DNA of 64,000 bases from Opitutales bacterium (lineage in GTDB: Bacteria > Verrucomicrobiota > Verrucomicrobiia > Opitutales > UBA953): contig JBBAUX010000002.1 of the NCBI GenBank assembly GCA_040398005.1, forward strand, positions 96,001 to 160,000, given 5' to 3'. Both the position numbers and the translations under genes were made by a program. This document shows, piece by piece, positions 58,985 through 64,000 of the stretch. The notes below the pieces were generated by a model. That model was not told the origin of the DNA. It ran no database searches and saw nothing but the letters and a program-made list of their open reading frames with translations. Within the stretch, counting starts at the first letter, position 1. Each line of letters starts with the position of its first letter.

Positions 58985-60109
58985 ATGTCCGAACCCTCGG
59001 CCCAGTCCCCATCGCCCAACTCCTTAGGGCTCACTCAATTTCAGGATTTCATTTCCAAAAAACCCTTCCCGCTTGAGTTGGGTGGTGAATTACCCGAACT
59101 CACTCTGCGTTACGAAACATACGGAAAATTATCTCCCGATAAATCCAACGCGATTTTAGTACCTCACGCCATTAGCGGAGATCATCACGTGGCCGGACGT
59201 TATCAATCCGATGATGCTAAACCGGGTTGGTGGGATGGATTTGTCGGACCGGGTAAAGCCATCGACACCGATCGTTTCTTCGTCATCGGAATTAATTGCA
59301 TTGGGGGATGTCGTGGTTCGACTGGACCTCTCTCGATTGACCCAAGAACCGGCAAACCTTACGGCGGTTATTTTCCTGAAATTACTTTAGGCGATATCGT
59401 CCGCGCGCAGCGTCTGGTTTTTCAACACCTCGGCATTAAAAAATTACACGCCATCGTCGGTGGATCCATGGGCGGAATGCAGGCATTACTTTGGTCGGGA
59501 GATTATCCAGAAGAGGTAGGTCGTATCGCGGTACTCGCCGCAGGGTTGAGTCAATCGCCCATGGCTATTGCCTTAAATGCAGTTTCCCGCGCCTGTGTTG
59601 AGACCGATCCGCAATGGCGGGGTGGACACTATCAACCCGGTGAAGGACCGGATAGCGGCTTAGCTATCGGGAGAATGATAAGCCATATCAGCTATCTTTC
59701 ATCCACGGCGTTCGACCAAAAATTTGGCCGCGCCAAAGTGCCCGGCGCCAAACCTAACGATCCCGTTTACTGGGAGGTTGAAAGTTATTTGAAGCACCAA
59801 GGAACTTCTTTCGTAAAACGTTTTGATGCGAATAGTTGGTTGCGCATTACACGTGCCGTTGATCGATTTGATTTAACTGCACGTGCGGCGGCAGGTCAGT
59901 TGTTTAAGAAAGTCGGACCCGATGTTCTAGCGATTGGATTTTCGAGTGACTGGCTTTATCCGACAAGCGAACTACGTATGGTCGTCGCGGCGGCCACGGC
60001 GGTGGGCGTGAATGCCGCTTATTTGGAAGTGGTTACCGATGCTGGTCACGACGGATTCCTCATCCCCGATACGGGTCTGAGTGTCCGCCTGCACGCCTTC
60101 TTGGGTTAA
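58985..60109 (+). CDS. metX: Homoserine O-acyltransferase (MetX family)
   Basis: 'YETYG', 'HAISGDHH', 'GWW...GPGKAIDT', 'GGCRGSTGP', nucleophile 'GGSMGG', 'GHDGFL'. Confidence 0.93.
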   Translation: MSEPSAQSPSPNSLGLTQFQDFISKKPFPLELGGELPELTLRYETYGKLSPDKSNAILVPHAISGDHHVAGRYQSDDAKPGWWDGFVGPGKAIDTDRFFVIGINCIGGCRGSTGPLSIDPRTGKPYGGYFPEITLGDIVRAQRLVFQHLGIKKLHAIVGGSMGGMQALLWSGDYPEEVGRIAVLAAGLSQSPMAIALNAVSRACVETDPQWRGGHYQPGEGPDSGLAIGRMISHISYLSSTAFDQKFGRAKVPGAKPNDPVYWEVESYLKHQGTSFVKRFDANSWLRITRAVDRFDLTARAAAGQLFKKVGPDVLAIGFSSDWLYPTSELRMVVAAATAVGVNAAYLEVVTDAGHDGFLIPDTGLSVRLHAFLG

Positions 60110-61495
60110 TCAGAGCAGGGGAGCGACCAGTTTAGAAACCGCCTCGAGGGCTTGTCCCTGCCAGGTGCGACTTTTCCGATAAATATCCTCCGAATAGGGC
60201 GAGCACTCCTGTTCGATTGAACTGATAAAATCAGCAATGTTATTTAGGGTTTTCGGGTGATTAACGCAGGCGGCAATTTCGTAATTAAAGAAGAGTGAAC
60301 GCATGTCTAAATTAGCCGAGCCAACGATGGCGGTTTCATCATCAACCAAGAATAATTTAGCGTGCAGAATGCCTGATTTGTAAAACAGAATTTTTACTCC
60401 CGCCTCTTTTAATTTTCGTAAATACCAGCGACGGGCGAAATCAAGTAAACGATGGTCCGAACGTCGCGGCAGAATAATTTTAACTTCAATATTTTTTCGG
60501 GCAGCACTCAGCAGTAGTCGAAACAAAGTCCGATCAGGAATAAAGTAAGGCGTCACGATGGTAATCGATTTTTCTGCGTCTTCGATTAATTTGATGTAGG
60601 CTTCCCAGAGAGGGTCGCCCACACAGTCGGGTCCCGAAGCAATAATTTTAATTTGAGTTTCTCCGCGGTGTTGCGGTTGGTGTCGGAGGATTTCTAGAAA
60701 TTCTTTCGGCTCGCGATGGGTGGCCTGACACCAATCCGCGATAAAAACACGCTCGAGTGCTCCCGCTGCGGGTCCATCAATGAGGAAAGAACAATCCCGA
60801 TAACGACGATTAGACGGTTTGTAGCCTAGATAATTGAGGCTGATATTTTGACCACCAATCACCGCCGTTTGCCCATCAAACAGGGCGATCTTACGATGGC
60901 TTCGCCAGTTCGCCGATCCTTTACCTTGCATCGGTAAAATCGGATTAAATGTCGCCACTTCACCGCCGGCTTTGATCAGTGGCCGACATAGGAACTGCGG
61001 TGTACCCAGGCTGCCGACTCCATCGAGTAGCAAACGTACTTCGACGCCAGCGCGTGCTCGCTGAGCGAGAGCTGAAATAATTTCTCGGCCAATCGCATCG
61101 GCCTTAAGAATGTAGGTTTCGATATGAATTCTTTTTTGCGCTAAACGGATTTCTTTTAACAAAGTTTCGAGCATCATTTTTCCATCCTCGTCACCCAGCA
61201 CCGTAAATTGGTTGCCGCGAATCTCGGAATCGCTCGTGAGTTTTTTAGCCACGGCGTTAACCTCTCGCTTCTTGCGTGCGAGTTGCGTGTATTTTCGTCC
61301 GCCCCAGATAAACAGAATAAGCGCTGCAGATTTAGGGATTAAAATCGCTACGCTTATCCAAAATAAAATATAAAAACCTGTCACTCTCGCCCAGGCGGCA
61401 CGATAGATAACAAATGCGGTACAGGCGTAATTAACCCAGGGTAGTAAGAAAGCTAGTTCTGGCAGCCGATCTATCACAAGTAGGGTGCCTTGCAT
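60110..61495 (-). CDS. cls: Cardiolipin synthase-like phospholipase D
   Basis: Two HKD motifs (HRKIALFD, HAKLFLVD), 'SGPD', 'TPYFIP', 'GSANLDMRS', N-terminal TM segments. Confidence 0.9.
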   Translation of the reverse strand: MQGTLLVIDRLPELAFLLPWVNYACTAFVIYRAAWARVTGFYILFWISVAILIPKSAALILFIWGGRKYTQLARKKREVNAVAKKLTSDSEIRGNQFTVLGDEDGKMMLETLLKEIRLAQKRIHIETYILKADAIGREIISALAQRARAGVEVRLLLDGVGSLGTPQFLCRPLIKAGGEVATFNPILPMQGKGSANWRSHRKIALFDGQTAVIGGQNISLNYLGYKPSNRRYRDCSFLIDGPAAGALERVFIADWCQATHREPKEFLEILRHQPQHRGETQIKIIASGPDCVGDPLWEAYIKLIEDAEKSITIVTPYFIPDRTLFRLLLSAARKNIEVKIILPRRSDHRLLDFARRWYLRKLKEAGVKILFYKSGILHAKLFLVDDETAIVGSANLDMRSLFFNYEIAACVNHPKTLNNIADFISSIEQECSPYSEDIYRKSRTWQGQALEAVSKLVAPLL

Positions 61496-61530
61496 ACAGT
61501 TAGACTAAACATTCTCAGTTATCTGGACAC

Positions 61531-61559
61531 AAAAAAAGACCCCGGTTTCCCGAGGTCTT
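61531..61559 (-). terminator. Intrinsic terminator after rpsA
   Basis: Minus strand AAGACCTCGG-GAAA-CCGGGGTCTT followed by a T-run. Confidence 0.85.
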
Positions 61560-61581
61560 GATGTGGAAGCTAATCGAGTGA

Positions 61582-63303
61582 TTAGTTGCCGGCCTTGTCG
61601 AGCAAGTCGCCGAGACTGTTGAAGTCTCCGCTGCCTGACGAACCAGTCGAACCGCCACCCGACGAAGGAGCCGCAGGGGCGCCGCCAGTGGAAGGTCCTT
61701 TGATACGATCGTAGGAGGAGATTTCAGCCTGTAAGCGTTCAGCATCGTAGTTAGCAGCCTTGATGGAGAGACCGATGCGACGGTCTTCTTTATCAATCTT
61801 GATAACACGGGCGCTGACTTCTTGGCCGACTTTGACTACGTCTTTAACATTTTCCACGCGCTGTTCAGCGAGTTGGGAAACGTGAACGAGGCCATCAATC
61901 TCTTCCGAGAGTTCGATGAAGGCACCGAAGTTAGCCACTTTGGAAACCTTACCTTTAACAAGGTCACCAATGCGGAACTTCTTATCGATGTCGCTCCAAG
62001 GATCGGTTTGAATTTGTTTAACGCCGAGGGAGATGCGCTGTTGGTCGATATCTACATCGAGAACAATCGCTTCAACGTCGTCGCCCTTCTTCATCACTTC
62101 AGCAGGGTTGTTGATACGACGGGTCCAGCTCATGTCGGTGACGTGAACCATACCATCGATACCATCTTCGAGTTCCACGAACGCACCGTAGTTGGTGAGA
62201 TTGCGAACTTTTCCATGAACGCGTGCGCCTACGGGATAGTTGTGACGAACTTTTTCCCAAGGATTTTCTTCGAGTTGGCGGATACCCAAGGAGATTTTTT
62301 GTTCTTCCTTGTTAACGCTGATGATAACAGCGTCGACTTCTTGGCCCACTTTAAGGATGTCCGAAGGTTTCTGTACGCGCTTGGTCCAGGAGAGTTCGGA
62401 AACGTGAACGAGTCCTTCGACGCCACCTTCAATTTCAATGAAGGCACCGTATTGAACGAGGTTAACGACTTTACCATGAACTTTTTGACCCACTGGGTAA
62501 CGCTTTTCGATACCTTCCCATGGATTAGGCTGAGTTTGTTTGAGACCGAGTGAGACGCGTTCGCGATCACGATCCACTTCAACCACCATGACAGTAACTT
62601 CTTCGCCCACTTTCACCACTTCGCTTGGGTGACCAATGCGGCCCCAGCTCATGTCGGTGACGTGTAAGAGGCCATCGAGACCATCGAGATCCACGAACGC
62701 ACCGTAATCGGTGATGTTCTTGATGATGCCGCGACGGATGGTGCCAGGTTTAACTTCTTCAAGAAGTTTACGACGGCTTTCTCCGCGTTGCTCTTCGATG
62801 AGCTCGCGACGTGAGACGACGAGATTTTTCTTATCTTTGTTAATTTTGATGATTTTGAAATCGAAAGTTTGGCCAACGAAAACATCGAGGTTCTTCGGAG
62901 GATTGATATCGATTTGGGAGGAAGGCATAAATGCATCCACGCCCACAGAGACGATGAGTCCGCCTTTAACGACAGACTTGATACGGCCTTGAACGATAGA
63001 GCCTTCTTGGCAGTTAGCCTCGATGCTTTCCCATTTACGAATTTGAACTGCGCGATCGTAAGAAACGGTCGGCGTGCCATCCTTGTTTTCCAGTTTCTCG
63101 AGATAGACTTCGAGATCCATGCCGACTTGGATTTCGGCCATATCGGGGAACTCGGCTTGGGGGATGAATCCCTCGGACTTGCCTTTGATATCGACGACGA
63201 CGTCTTTATCGCCACGGATTTCCGTGACCTTGGCTTTGATGACCGAGTGAGGTTTGAGCGCGCCGAAATTAGAATCGGCGAGCAGTTTTTCCATGATGCT
63301 CAT
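61582..63303 (-). CDS. rpsA: 30S ribosomal protein S1
   Basis: Six S1 repeats ('YGAFV.L.G..GL.HV..MSW', 'ISLG.KQ') and a Gly/Ser-rich tail. Confidence 0.98.
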   Translation of the reverse strand: MSIMEKLLADSNFGALKPHSVIKAKVTEIRGDKDVVVDIKGKSEGFIPQAEFPDMAEIQVGMDLEVYLEKLENKDGTPTVSYDRAVQIRKWESIEANCQEGSIVQGRIKSVVKGGLIVSVGVDAFMPSSQIDINPPKNLDVFVGQTFDFKIIKINKDKKNLVVSRRELIEEQRGESRRKLLEEVKPGTIRRGIIKNITDYGAFVDLDGLDGLLHVTDMSWGRIGHPSEVVKVGEEVTVMVVEVDRDRERVSLGLKQTQPNPWEGIEKRYPVGQKVHGKVVNLVQYGAFIEIEGGVEGLVHVSELSWTKRVQKPSDILKVGQEVDAVIISVNKEEQKISLGIRQLEENPWEKVRHNYPVGARVHGKVRNLTNYGAFVELEDGIDGMVHVTDMSWTRRINNPAEVMKKGDDVEAIVLDVDIDQQRISLGVKQIQTDPWSDIDKKFRIGDLVKGKVSKVANFGAFIELSEEIDGLVHVSQLAEQRVENVKDVVKVGQEVSARVIKIDKEDRRIGLSIKAANYDAERLQAEISSYDRIKGPSTGGAPAAPSSGGGSTGSSGSGDFNSLGDLLDKAGN

Positions 63304-63416
63304 ATTATATTTTTTTGACTAGTTGTCCTGGGCGTCCGAAGACGTTTCCAGGGTTTTGGTTGTTGTTAGGAACGAACCTTTAGAGATTCCACTAACACAA
63401 GTTAGCGGGCTAAAGG
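63304..63416 (-). promoter_or_regulatory. Structured 5' leader of rpsA
   Basis: Two hairpins (63377-63416; 63327-63352 with a cUUCGg loop) separated by an A/C-rich stretch; no Shine-Dalgarno sequence. Confidence 0.55.
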
Positions 63417-63457
63417 GAGGTTGAAAGAACCTGTTTCCACCCCCCATTGCAAGTCGA

Positions 63458-64000
63458 TTATGAACCAGAATTCGTAATTATTTTCCTTAAATCTGGGTCC
63501 TGGCTCCACTCACCACGGACGATTAAAGACTGTAAAACCTTAAGTCCGAGTTCTTTTTGACCGTTTTTCATTAAAAATTGTCCGAGTTCCCAAACGAGTC
63601 CGTCGTCCAAATTGTTTAATTCGCTCCAATCATCAATCGGCCAAACCGCCGGCTTTCCTTCTTCGACGAGCGCTTTGACATATTCATAAGCTAGAGGAAT
63701 CGATGGCTTCTTGGTTAAAGTTGAAAGCATCAGCTCGAGATTGAGTTCCGGGTTTTTCACTTTGCGGATCAGGCATCCACGTATGGCCGCATAGGGTCCG
63801 AGCTCATCCGGTTTATTTGCATAATTTTTTAACTGGGTCGCGATGTTGACGGTAAAGGGTTTGTAAAACGGATCCCCTAGGATGGTTCCTTGCCAGCTCA
63901 CCACGGGCGTTGCGTACCACGCAGCTTCGCCCGCAGATTTTCCGCGCATGAGTCCACTCACTAAAAAATCGGGTCTCATCGTGAAACCTAAAAACGGTTC
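63458..64000 (-). CDS. TIGR03790-like protein, C-terminal part (5' end outside the window)
   Basis: Frame is open to the window edge (EPFLGFTMRPD..). 'GEAAWYA.P.VSWQ....GDP.Y.PF' matches my recollection of the TIGR03790 family signature. Confidence 0.7.
   Translation of the reverse strand, partial: EPFLGFTMRPDFLVSGLMRGKSAGEAAWYATPVVSWQGTILGDPFYKPFTVNIATQLKNYANKPDELGPYAAIRGCLIRKVKNPELNLELMLSTLTKKPSIPLAYEYVKALVEEGKPAVWPIDDWSELNNLDDGLVWELGQFLMKNGQKELGLKVLQSLIVRGEWSQDPDLRKIITNSGS

Noticed and set aside
62125..62664. Identical 21-nt sequence at 62125 and 62644
   Set aside because: HVTDMSW motif of repeated S1 domains.
61822..63318. Long antisense and alternative-frame ORFs over rpsA (243, 188, 149 aa)
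   Set aside because: Shadow ORFs expected from the codon bias of a highly expressed gene; no recognisable motifs.
1..64000. Prophage, IS, integrase, rRNA or defence island
   Set aside because: No supporting ORF or sequence signature seen; nearly all sequence is accounted for by the genes listed.

Overview
Densely packed, mostly housekeeping bacterial chromosome segment. Gene content (PVC-style long GreA, alpha2-type GlyRS, pilB-pilT-pilB-pilC, TIGR03790-like protein, ExbBD/TPR cluster) suggests Verrucomicrobiota, probably a streamlined Opitutae-like lineage; this is inference, no search was run. About 50 CDSs, one initiator-like tRNA-Met and four hairpin terminators are supported. No mobile element, CRISPR array or rRNA was seen. 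Main candidates for new biology: (1) two tandem membrane-anchored vWA proteins carrying a TonB/TolA-type S-x3-H transmembrane motif, and a TonB-less TPR-TPR-ExbB-ExbD-ExbD-lipoprotein operon 15 kb away, which together may form an uncharacterised proton-motive-force envelope machine; (2) a monocistronic secreted protein with three HCGxC repeats (metal-binding or multi-core RiPP precursor candidate); (3) two lipoproteins under 60 aa absent from the ORF track; (4) a MutL lacking its endonuclease metal ligands; (5) a MurU-AmgK fusion; (6) an atypical initiator tRNA; (7) signs of frequent leaderless and non-Shine-Dalgarno initiation, and a structured rpsA leader. All calls come from reading motifs by eye.
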